A DNA stretch of 17,958 bases from an archaeon (GTDB lineage: Archaea > Iainarchaeota > Iainarchaeia > Iainarchaeales > CSSED10-239): the NCBI GenBank assembly GCA_035390665.1, contig DAOOUC010000001.1, forward strand, positions 140,734-158,691, given 5' to 3'. How positions within the stretch are numbered: the stretch's first letter is position 1; each line of letters starts with the position of its first letter. The translations under genes were made by a program, and so were the position numbers. A model generated the notes under the pieces. It saw nothing but the letters and a program-made list of their open reading frames with translations, had not been told where the DNA came from and made no database searches. Of this stretch, positions 7,689 to 14,892 are shown piece by piece.

Positions 7689-8717
7689 ATGAATATAATA
7701 TCTTTAGATAAAAATGGAAAACTTGTTTTTGTTCCGCAGAATCTAGAAGATTTATGGATTATTAAATCAATTACTGATGTTAAAGATAAAATCTCTGGGC
7801 AATCTTATAGAAGAACAAGAGGAAATGAAAATGATGACGAATCTGCAAGAAAGCCTGTTTTTGTTTCAATAGAAATAGAAAAGTTTGATTTTTCTAAAGA
7901 TATGACTTCGTTAAGATTTACAGGTAAAATTATTGAAAGTAAACCAACTGAACTTGCACCCATTGGAGAACATCACACTTTAGAAATACAATTTAATAAG
8001 TCCTATACATTAATTAAAGAGCATTTTTTTGAGCATCAATTAGAATTACTTAATTCCAATTCTTCTTTAGAGCAATCTGTTATTTTGATTACTTTAGATG
8101 ATGAAAAGGCAAGCATTTTCCAATTGACAAATACAGGTACAACAGACATAACAAAAATAAACTCAGGCAAACACGGAAAAAGATATTCTTCTGATTTTGA
8201 TTATTCTGATTATTTTAAAGAGATTTTAGATGTAGTTTCTAGATATGACACTCAAATAATTATTGCGGGGCCAGGAAATACCAAATCTAAATTTTCTGCA
8301 TTCTTAAAATCAAAGCTAAATAATTTAAAGATTCTTGAAATAAATATATCTAATACAGAAAAAGCATCTATTAGGGAACTTTTCAAAAAACAAGAAGTTT
8401 CTAGATTTTTTACAAATTCAATAGTGTATAAAGAACAAAAAATATTTGATGATTTCTTAGAAAACCTAGGAAAAGATAATAAAAAAGCAATCTATGGTTT
8501 AAAGGAAATTGAAAATGCTGTTGATTTTGGAGCAATAGAAACAATACTTGTTTCAGAAGAATTGTGGAAGAAAGATTTAGATAAGATTTCAGAACTAATT
8601 AAAAAAGCAGAAAAACAAAAAATGAAAGTGCACATTGTAGATAATTCACACGAGACACACAAAGCACTTAAATCATTTGGTGGAATTATTGCAAATCTTA
8701 GATTTGCTTATAATTAA
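7689..8717 (+). CDS. pelA: Pelota (Dom34 homologue), no-go/non-stop mRNA surveillance factor
   Basis: The N-terminus MNIISLDKNGKLVFVPQNLEDLWIIKSI matches the Pelota lead-in (..g.i.l.pe..dDlW.ly.li). It has an eRF1-like central domain and a C-terminal domain (ILVSEELWK...). The ORF track begins at TTG 7677; I prefer ATG 7689 because it aligns with family N-termini. The start remains ambiguous. Confidence 0.87.
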   Translation: MNIISLDKNGKLVFVPQNLEDLWIIKSITDVKDKISGQSYRRTRGNENDDESARKPVFVSIEIEKFDFSKDMTSLRFTGKIIESKPTELAPIGEHHTLEIQFNKSYTLIKEHFFEHQLELLNSNSSLEQSVILITLDDEKASIFQLTNTGTTDITKINSGKHGKRYSSDFDYSDYFKEILDVVSRYDTQIIIAGPGNTKSKFSAFLKSKLNNLKILEINISNTEKASIRELFKKQEVSRFFTNSIVYKEQKIFDDFLENLGKDNKKAIYGLKEIENAVDFGAIETILVSEELWKKDLDKISELIKKAEKQKMKVHIVDNSHETHKALKSFGGIIANLRFAYN

Positions 8718-8726
8718 AAAAAAGAA

Positions 8727-8751
8727 AATAACACAAATTTAGTGTGTTATT
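8727..8751. terminator. Candidate bidirectional terminator hairpin between convergent pelA and rps17e
   Basis: A 9-bp perfect stem, aataacaca (8727-8735) pairing with tgtgttatt (8743-8751), and a 7-nt loop aatttag. It is flanked by an A-run upstream (aaaaaaagaaa) and a T-rich run downstream (gttttattt). The stem is AT-rich and weak, and the right arm lies within the last rps17e codons. Confidence 0.35.
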
Positions 8752-9011
8752 GTTTTATTTATTGGTTTTTTAGTTGGTATTGCAGTATTTGGATCAACTT
8801 TGATCTTTAATGCATCTTGTTCTTTCTTTTCTGCTTTCATAAATCTAGTAATATAAGCAGACATTAAGTTTACTGTTAATTTAGATAATGGTAGATTCAT
8901 TGATTTTATGAAATCTTTGTTTTTTACATAGTCTGTTCCAAAATCTGATTTAAATTCATTTAATATTATTCTTGCTTTTGCTTTTATCTTATTTGACATT
9001 GCTTTACCCAT
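8739..9011 (-). CDS. rps17e: Ribosomal protein eS17 (S17e)
   Basis: MGKAMSNKIKAKARIILNEFKSDFGTDYVKNKDFIKSMNLPLSKLTVNLMSAYITRFMK parallels the S17e N-terminal pattern (MG.vr.k.iKr.ar.l.e.y...ft.DF..NK..v.e......SK..rN.iAGYvTr.m). 90 aa. Confidence 0.75.
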   Translation of the reverse strand: MGKAMSNKIKAKARIILNEFKSDFGTDYVKNKDFIKSMNLPLSKLTVNLMSAYITRFMKAEKKEQDALKIKVDPNTAIPTKKPINKTITH

Positions 9012-9034
9012 AATAATCTCTTTCCTCTTTAATT

Positions 9035-9241
9035 TTAACTTACAGTTATTACTACTTTTTCATTATTTATGTTTCTTATTACTGCTAATGGCATAGTTTT
9101 ATTTTCAAATTCATCTTTTGCAATTGAATATGCTGTACTAGTCTTATCCACTTTAACAAGTGGGGGTGCTCCACAAGATATTTGTTGTGCTCTTGCAGAT
9201 ATTAATCTGGTTACTTCATATTTTGTTAATTTTGCTACCAT
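9035..9241 (-). CDS. rpoK: DNA-directed RNA polymerase subunit Rpo6 (RpoK)
   Basis: LTKYEVTRLISARAQQISCGAPPLV matches the RpoK/Rpb6 core (LTkyErariiGaRAlQismGAp.lv). The later MPLAVIRN matches iP..irR. 68 aa. It lies directly upstream of rps17e on the same strand. Confidence 0.88.
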   Translation of the reverse strand: MVAKLTKYEVTRLISARAQQISCGAPPLVKVDKTSTAYSIAKDEFENKTMPLAVIRNINNEKVVITVS

Positions 9242-9332
9242 AATTCACATCTCATAAATTTGAAAAAACTTACATAAAATAAGGTCTATTCTATATATTT
9301 ATTAGTTAGTTAGGTTTAAATATTATTTCTTT

Positions 9333-9848
9333 TTAGATAATAAACAAAAATAACCAGATTGCTATTAAAATTAGCCTAATTGCTATAAATTTATCAAAAA
9401 TCTTAAATATTCCAAGGAGTATAAGAATTGCAAGAACTAAAGGACTCAATAATATTTTTAAAAGAAATAAACCCCAACTTTGCTTTATTGTATAGGTCTT
9501 TTTTATGGCAACAAAAGCATTTTCTGAGTCTTTGTCGCTTGGTATACTAAATAAAAGAGAAGAAACGCCGATCCAGACCATTAATAATTTAATAAATGGT
9601 TCAAAACTTAAAAGATATATTCTTGCACATAACAGAGAAATAAGAATATTAAAAAGAAAAGGAAATAATGCAATAATAATAATTTTATCTGTTCTACAGT
9701 CTTCGTGAATAACATAGCCTCCATTTTTTCCTAGAAATTTAATTTTTTTAATGGGCACATTAAGTAATAAACAGGCCAAAGCATGTGCTGTTTCATGTAT
9801 AATTATTCCAGGAAAAAACAATATGTGCATTATTTCGTATAGTTCCAT
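9333..9848 (-). CDS. Integral membrane HExxH protein, M50B/DUF3267-like putative metalloprotease
   Basis: IIHETAHALACLLLNVPIKKIKFLGKNGGYV resembles the Peptidase_M50B lead-in (HE.GHAl.a.l.G..v..i.l...g.G.t). About 4-5 hydrophobic helices follow. It starts 15 nt downstream of the pilin-like gene on the same strand. Confidence 0.5.
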   Translation of the reverse strand: MELYEIMHILFFPGIIIHETAHALACLLLNVPIKKIKFLGKNGGYVIHEDCRTDKIIIIALFPFLFNILISLLCARIYLLSFEPFIKLLMVWIGVSSLLFSIPSDKDSENAFVAIKKTYTIKQSWGLFLLKILLSPLVLAILILLGIFKIFDKFIAIRLILIAIWLFLFII

Positions 9849-9863
9849 ATAAGTTATTATACA

Positions 9864-10247
9864 TCAACTAATATTTAAATTATTGTTCTGTTTAGAAATA
9901 GTGAGTTTATAATTTTTGGATATGTGCGTTACTGATATTAAATTTAATCTAGAAAAAATCAAACATTCTTTTTGTTTATTTTTTAAAATAATTTTTGTTG
10001 ATAATTTTTGTTCTATATTCCATTCAAATAAATTATTTAGCTCGATTTGTTTTAATCCTTCAGGCATAAGTTCAAAAAATTCTATTGTTTGATTTATCTC
10101 CTTACATTTTTCTTTTAGCCTATAGTTATCAATAGCATTTAAATTTCTAGAATAAAGTGTTATTATTACTGTGCTAATGACTGCTAGAATTGATAAAATC
10201 CCAGCAAATATCAATACATATTCAATAGTTACAAATCCTTTAGTCAT
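9864..10247 (-). CDS. Type IV pilin-like protein with class III signal peptide (127 aa)
   Basis: The N-terminus MTKG/FVTIEYVLIFAGILSILAVISTVIITL has a short basic leader and a K-G cleavage-type junction. Glu is at +5, followed by a hydrophobic helix about 20 aa long. Its ATG overlaps the stop of the upstream pilin gene (ATGA). Confidence 0.5.
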   Translation of the reverse strand: MTKGFVTIEYVLIFAGILSILAVISTVIITLYSRNLNAIDNYRLKEKCKEINQTIEFFELMPEGLKQIELNNLFEWNIEQKLSTKIILKNKQKECLIFSRLNLISVTHISKNYKLTISKQNNNLNIS

Positions 10248-10429
10248 TCTATGTCATCGATTTTATCAAAAATTTTATCTGCTGTGCCTTCTACTGTTTT
10301 ATTCGCTTTTGCAGTTGTTTTCTGTAGTTGAGTAATTATTACAAGAACAATAGCAACAATTGCAGCTAAAAGAATAATCATTTCTGCAGATATTTGCCCG
10401 CGTTTTTCATATAGTATTTTTTTTATCAT
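10244..10429 (-). CDS. Small archaeal pilin with class III signal peptide (61 aa from ATG 10429)
   Basis: MIKKILYEKRG/QISAEMIILLAAIVAIVLVIITQ matches the archaeal class III signal peptide consensus (k[KR]GQiS.E.lll.a). The ORF track extends it to a TTG at 10465. ATG 10429 is preferred because a TATA-like tttttataaa (complement of 10452-10461) sits about 27 nt upstream of it. Confidence 0.65.
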   Translation of the reverse strand: MIKKILYEKRGQISAEMIILLAAIVAIVLVIITQLQKTTAKANKTVEGTADKIFDKIDDIE

Positions 10430-10451
10430 AATAATTAAAGAGTTAAAGTAC

Positions 10452-10461
10452 TTTATAAAAA
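10452..10461 (-). promoter_or_regulatory. Candidate TATA box for the pilin operon (leaderless)
   Basis: The minus-strand tttttataaa is centred about 27 nt upstream of ATG 10429, and there is no SD. Confidence 0.35.
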
Positions 10462-10526
10462 TCAATTACTCTTTTTTTTGTGTTTTTGTTAATTTTGATT
10501 GCTTTTTTATGGTTTAATGGGTTATT

Positions 10527-10534
10527 TTTTAAAT
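10527..10534 (+). promoter_or_regulatory. Candidate TATA box for rad50 (leaderless)
   Basis: ttttaaat is centred about 25-26 nt upstream of ATG 10556. No SD lies between them. This spacing equals the archaeal TATA-to-TSS distance. Confidence 0.38.
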
Positions 10535-10555
10535 TAATTATTGCATAATATTATT

Positions 10556-12814
10556 ATGCTTAAATCTTTAAAGCTTGAAAATTGGAAAACACATCATAAT
10601 TCCATTATAAATTTTTCAAAAGGCACAAATATATTTGTAGGAAAGATTGGAGCTGGTAAGTCAAGTATTGTTGATGCAATTTGTTTTGCACTTTATGGAA
10701 CATATCCTGCACTTCAAACAAAGAAATTAACAATTTCTGAAACAATAATGTTTAAACCAGTAAAAAAAGATTTTTCTAAAATCACTCTTATTTTTGAATA
10801 TGAAAATAATGAGTACAAGATTGAACGAGAAATATTTACAGAAAAAACAAATAATGCAAAATTATATTTAAATGATAGATTGGTTGCTGGGCCAAAACAA
10901 ACAGATGTTAATGAAAAAGTGTCTGATATTTTAGGTATTGATTATAATCTTTTTATAAAAATCGTCTATTCAGAACAAAATGAAATAGATTATTTTCTAA
11001 AGATTGCTCCAGGGAAAAGAAAAGAACAGTTTGATTCTTTATTTGGCATAAGTAATCTAGAAAACATAAAAGTGAATTCTCGTGAATTGTCTAGGTTGAT
11101 TTCGTTTGATAAAGAAAAGAACACAGTTTTATATAAACAGATAACTGAGCAGATTTCTGCATTTAATTATTCAGAAATAGAATTGCAATTAAAAAGCCTA
11201 ATTACCGAAAAAGAAAAAATCATTAATCAAATTTCTGAGCAAATAACTTTAAAACAAACTCTTGAACAAGAATACAAGAAAATAAAAGAGAAAAAACAAA
11301 TTTATGAAAACAAAATCACAGAAAAAAACATTCTAGAGGCAAAACAGAAAGAAATAGTCTTACAAATTAAAGATGATTTTAAAATATCTGATAATGTGTC
11401 TAGTCTAAAAGAAAAAAAGATTATATTAGAACAAGAAATTAAAGAAATAGAAGAAGAAAACAAGAAAGTTATTTTAATGCAAAGAAATTTAGAAAATCAA
11501 AGGCATTTTTATTTAGAACAACAAGATTTATTAAATACAGAACAAAAAGCACTTGAGCTAAAAAAAATTCAATTGGATATAAATAAAATTAATGCAGAAA
11601 AGACAGAATTAGAATTAAAAATTTCAGAAATGCAATTAAATATTGCAGAAAAGACTGCAATAATCAATGATTTGAAAAAATCAATAATAGAATTAAAAAA
11701 AGGATTTTCAAATTGTCCAGTCTGTGATTCTAAGTTAAGTAAAGAGCAAATCACTTTAAAATTGAATGAAAAACAAAATCAAGAAAAACAAGAAAGCACA
11801 CAATTATTAAATTTAAATGATATCTTGAAACAACAACTTACAAGAAAAGAAGAATTAAAAATTCAAGAAAAAAAAGCCCAAGAAAATGAAATTGTGATTC
11901 AAAAGATTTTAGAGATTGAAAAGAAAAAAGAGAATTTCAACAAAACTATTCAAGAATTAAATCTAAAAGTAAAAGAATTGCCTGAAAAAAAAGACACCCA
12001 ACCTCTTCAAGACCAATATTCAAATACTATAGCTCTTCTAGAACAATATCAATTAATAGAAAAGAAAAAAGAAATTGAAAGCAAATTAGATTCTTTAAAT
12101 CGAGCCATTTTAGATTTAAACTATTCAGAAGAGAATTATTTAATACTTTATACTGATTATAAAAATCTTGAAACTAAATTTGAATACTTAAAATCTCAAG
12201 AAGAAAATCTAAAGAAACAAGAAGAGAATCTAAAAGGAAATGTAGAAAGATATACAAAGTTAAAAGAAGATGAAAATAAAATTAAGATAAAACTAGATAA
12301 CTTAGATAAACACCTGCAAAATGTTTCTTATTTTACTTTGGCTGCAGAATCAAGTCAAAATAATTTAAGAACTGTATTAGTAAATAATATTAATAAAACT
12401 CTAGAGTTGATTTGGCCAAAAGTTTATCCTTATACAGACTATATTTCTGCAAGATTGAAAGCAGAAAACGATTATGTTCTTGAAGTTCAAACACTAGATA
12501 ATAATTGGATTAGAGTTGAAGGCCTTCTAAGTGGAGGAGAAAGAACGTGTGCGGCTCTTAGTATTAGAGTTGCAATAGCTTTGTCTTTAACAAAAAAACT
12601 TGGTCTTTTAATACTTGATGAACCAACACACAATCTGGATACAAAGACCATAGCAAATATTTCTATAATACTTGAAAAAGATCTTCCAGAATTAGTTGAT
12701 CAGATATTTATTGTAACTCACGATTCTAAACTTTTAGATGCAGTAAATTCATCTAAATATATAATTGAAAGAGATAAAGAAAACGATGGTGTTTCAAAAA
12801 TAATAGAGGGATAA
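10556..12814 (+). CDS. rad50: Rad50 DNA double-strand-break repair ATPase (SMC-like, zinc hook)
   Basis: Walker A GKIGAGKSSIVDAICFALYG, Q-loop YSEQNE, and long heptad-rich coiled coil with a central CPVC zinc hook (GFSNCPVCDSKL). Signature LSGGERTCAALSIRVAIAL, Walker B LLILDEPTHNLD, H-loop FIVTHD. The ORF track starts at TTG 10541. ATG 10556 (MLKSLKLENWKTH) fits the Rad50 N-terminus and the TATA spacing. Confidence 0.9.
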   Translation: MLKSLKLENWKTHHNSIINFSKGTNIFVGKIGAGKSSIVDAICFALYGTYPALQTKKLTISETIMFKPVKKDFSKITLIFEYENNEYKIEREIFTEKTNNAKLYLNDRLVAGPKQTDVNEKVSDILGIDYNLFIKIVYSEQNEIDYFLKIAPGKRKEQFDSLFGISNLENIKVNSRELSRLISFDKEKNTVLYKQITEQISAFNYSEIELQLKSLITEKEKIINQISEQITLKQTLEQEYKKIKEKKQIYENKITEKNILEAKQKEIVLQIKDDFKISDNVSSLKEKKIILEQEIKEIEEENKKVILMQRNLENQRHFYLEQQDLLNTEQKALELKKIQLDINKINAEKTELELKISEMQLNIAEKTAIINDLKKSIIELKKGFSNCPVCDSKLSKEQITLKLNEKQNQEKQESTQLLNLNDILKQQLTRKEELKIQEKKAQENEIVIQKILEIEKKKENFNKTIQELNLKVKELPEKKDTQPLQDQYSNTIALLEQYQLIEKKKEIESKLDSLNRAILDLNYSEENYLILYTDYKNLETKFEYLKSQEENLKKQEENLKGNVERYTKLKEDENKIKIKLDNLDKHLQNVSYFTLAAESSQNNLRTVLVNNINKTLELIWPKVYPYTDYISARLKAENDYVLEVQTLDNNWIRVEGLLSGGERTCAALSIRVAIALSLTKKLGLLILDEPTHNLDTKTIANISIILEKDLPELVDQIFIVTHDSKLLDAVNSSKYIIERDKENDGVSKIIEG

Positions 12815-12816
12815 AA

Positions 12817-13560
12817 ATGAATAATTTGCCAATCTTTATGCAGGACTCAAAAACTGCAGAAATACTTAAGGATGTAAAAGCGTCAATTCCAAAAACTGCA
12901 AAAGCATATATGATTGGTGGAGCTAGCCGAAATTCATTTTATTATAAAATATTTAAAGAAGAATTGCCTCAAAGAGATTATGATATTTGGTATTCTGGCA
13001 ATAGAGAACAATTTATTAAGAATTTAAGAGCTCACGGATTTGTTTATGGTAAAATGAAAAGAAAAACACACATTACTTTAAAAAAGAAGAAGGTATCCAA
13101 ACCAGATAAAGATAATTTTTCAGATTATGTTATATTAGATATTAATTTTGCAACCGATAGGCACGTCTTAGACAATCTTAAGAAACATGCAAATTTTACA
13201 ATTAATGGTTTTGCAATTTCTATAAAAGATATAGATTCCAAAAATTGGTATAAAAATGCAATAAAGCTTACAGGTTCTTTGAAAGATTTAAAAAATAAGC
13301 AATTGCGAGTAAATTCTATAGAACATCCTGCAAATTTATTTGCCTGTATTAGATTTATGTCTAAGGGGTTTAAAGCACCACCAAAAGAAAAAATTAAAGA
13401 ATTACTAATTGGGCTAAGTAAATTTGAAAAATGGAGATATCCAAGAAATGTACAAAAATTATTTGATTATGTTGGTGGAGAAAAAGAAGCCAAAAGATTA
13501 GCTAGAAAATTAGGCATAAAACCCAATATTTTTGTTTATGAAAAATTAAAGAAATTATAA
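12817..13560 (+). CDS. Minimal class-II-type (PolyA_pol/CCA family-like) Pol-beta nucleotidyltransferase, head and neck only
   Basis: Motif A-like MIGGASRN...QRDYDIW (GG...DxD). YVILDINFATDR parallels vEVatfR. HANFTINGFA parallels RRDFTINAla. GSLKDLKNKQLRV parallels gG..Dl..k.iR. EHPANLFACIRFMSKGF parallels EDPlR.lRa.RFa..l.f. It is only 247 aa. A GAGGG SD lies inside the rad50 3' end, with a 2-nt gap. Confidence 0.6.
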   Translation: MNNLPIFMQDSKTAEILKDVKASIPKTAKAYMIGGASRNSFYYKIFKEELPQRDYDIWYSGNREQFIKNLRAHGFVYGKMKRKTHITLKKKKVSKPDKDNFSDYVILDINFATDRHVLDNLKKHANFTINGFAISIKDIDSKNWYKNAIKLTGSLKDLKNKQLRVNSIEHPANLFACIRFMSKGFKAPPKEKIKELLIGLSKFEKWRYPRNVQKLFDYVGGEKEAKRLARKLGIKPNIFVYEKLKKL

Positions 13561-13581
13561 TTTAGATGAGTTCCTTATTCC

Positions 13582-13589
13582 TTTAAAAT
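13582..13589 (+). promoter_or_regulatory. Candidate TATA box for the priS-gins-eif2a-PAC2-kinase-like operon (leaderless)
   Basis: tttaaaat is centred about 26-27 nt upstream of ATG 13612, and there is no SD. Confidence 0.38.
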
Positions 13590-13611
13590 ACTTGTTTTCT
13601 ATATATTATAT

Positions 13612-14892
13612 ATGGGAGAACTTGATACAAATCCATATACTGTTTCTTACTTAAGAGATTTGTTTAAAAATTATTATAGAAATAATCCAGTAACAAGTCC
13701 TATAGCAATAGAAACAAGAGAGGTTGGCATTGGAGAATATGGTAAAAAAATAAGTTCAAGACATCTTTCTTTTAGAGATATCTCTGGTTTAAATAAATAT
13801 TTAGTTGAAAAGACTCCTTTTTTTGTTTCTTATTCTGTTGGGTACTATAAGTTTCCTGATAGACGACCAATGGAGAACAAGGAGTTATTTGGTGCAGACA
13901 TAGTTTATGAATTTGATGCTGACGACTTTGATTTGCCTTGTAAAAATGAACACGACGTGTGGTTTTGTAAGGCCTGTGGGGAATTTGGAAACGGTCACAA
14001 GGATATTTGCCCAAAGTGTCAAGGAAAGACAGAAATTACTGAGTGGGTTTGTGATAAATGCTTGGGTCATGCTAAAAACGAAACCCTAAGATTAATGGAT
14101 TTTTTAGAAACAGATTTTAATCTTGACCCTAAAAGTTTTGTAGTGTCTTTCTCTGGTTCAAAAGGATATCATCTAAGAGTAACAGACAAATCTATAATTC
14201 CTTTATCAAAATCTTCTCGTTTACAGATGATGAACTATATTCAAGGTAAAAGTCTTGATATTGAAATGTTGGGTTTTGATTTAAAAAAAATGAGAGGTCC
14301 TATAGGAGAAAACTGGTTTCAGAAGAAATTTATAGAGAAAATGCAGCAAATTATATATAATTTAACAAAAGAATGGTTAATGAAAAATTTAGGGTATAAT
14401 GTAAATAAATCTAATAAAATTATGCTTCAAAAAGAAACTATTAAAAACAAATGGGATATAAAAGTATATGAAGATACAGATATTAACAAAAATCGACCCA
14501 AAAGAATTATTTGGGCACCTACGGGAGAAAAAAATCTCGTAGATTTTTGGCAAGATTTATTCGAATTTGTGAAGCAAGATGTAACAACATTTAGAATTGA
14601 CCCAATGTCTTCAAGTGATATCTATAAAATAATGAGGATGCCTAATACCATTCACGGGGGAACAGGGTTTCTATCAAATACAATTAAAACAAGAGAAGAT
14701 TTAGAAAGATTTGAGCCATTAAGTGATTCAATAATCTTTAGAGAAGATAAAACAAAAAAAGTAGAGATTACAAGGCCGATTAATAAATTCAGATTAATAG
14801 ATCAAGAATTTGGACCATACAATATTGGAGAAAAAATAGATTTACCAGAAGCAGTAAGTGTTTATTTATTATTAAAAGGGGTAGCAAAATGA
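13612..14892 (+). CDS. priS: DNA primase small (catalytic) subunit PriS
   Basis: Catalytic acidic motif DIVYEFDADDFD. Zinc-binding insert CKNEHDVWFCKACGEF...ICPKCQG...WVCDKC. FSGSKGYHLRV and IMRMPNTIHGGTG match the AEP primase motifs. Confidence 0.9.
   Translation: MGELDTNPYTVSYLRDLFKNYYRNNPVTSPIAIETREVGIGEYGKKISSRHLSFRDISGLNKYLVEKTPFFVSYSVGYYKFPDRRPMENKELFGADIVYEFDADDFDLPCKNEHDVWFCKACGEFGNGHKDICPKCQGKTEITEWVCDKCLGHAKNETLRLMDFLETDFNLDPKSFVVSFSGSKGYHLRVTDKSIIPLSKSSRLQMMNYIQGKSLDIEMLGFDLKKMRGPIGENWFQKKFIEKMQQIIYNLTKEWLMKNLGYNVNKSNKIMLQKETIKNKWDIKVYEDTDINKNRPKRIIWAPTGEKNLVDFWQDLFEFVKQDVTTFRIDPMSSSDIYKIMRMPNTIHGGTGFLSNTIKTREDLERFEPLSDSIIFREDKTKKVEITRPINKFRLIDQEFGPYNIGEKIDLPEAVSVYLLLKGVAK

Noticed and set aside
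9303-9316. Micro-tandem tagt-tagt-tagg in the rpoK upstream spacer, and T-rich runs at 10470-10515 in the pilin/rad50 divergent region.
   Set aside because: These are too short and low-complexity to separate from chance in roughly 30% GC DNA. They have no partner repeats elsewhere in the window.
12197-12238. Imperfect 21-bp tandem duplication, caagaagaaaatctaaagaaa / caagaagagaatctaaaagga, inside rad50.
   Set aside because: It encodes QEENLKK/QEENLKG, a duplicated heptad within the coiled coil. Such internal duplications are normal for coiled-coil arms. There are only two copies and it is in frame, so it is not a CRISPR or regulatory repeat.
13772-14089. Three overlapping alternative-frame ORFs (13772-14014 -, 13885-14070 -, 13907-14089 +) in a locally GC-richer patch. 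I considered an inserted element or an overprinted gene.
   Set aside because: The patch is the most conserved part of PriS: the catalytic DADDFD motif and the Cys-rich zinc module. Codons for Asp, Gly, Cys and Trp raise the GC content and deplete stop codons in other frames. The PriS frame is continuous, with motifs in the expected order.
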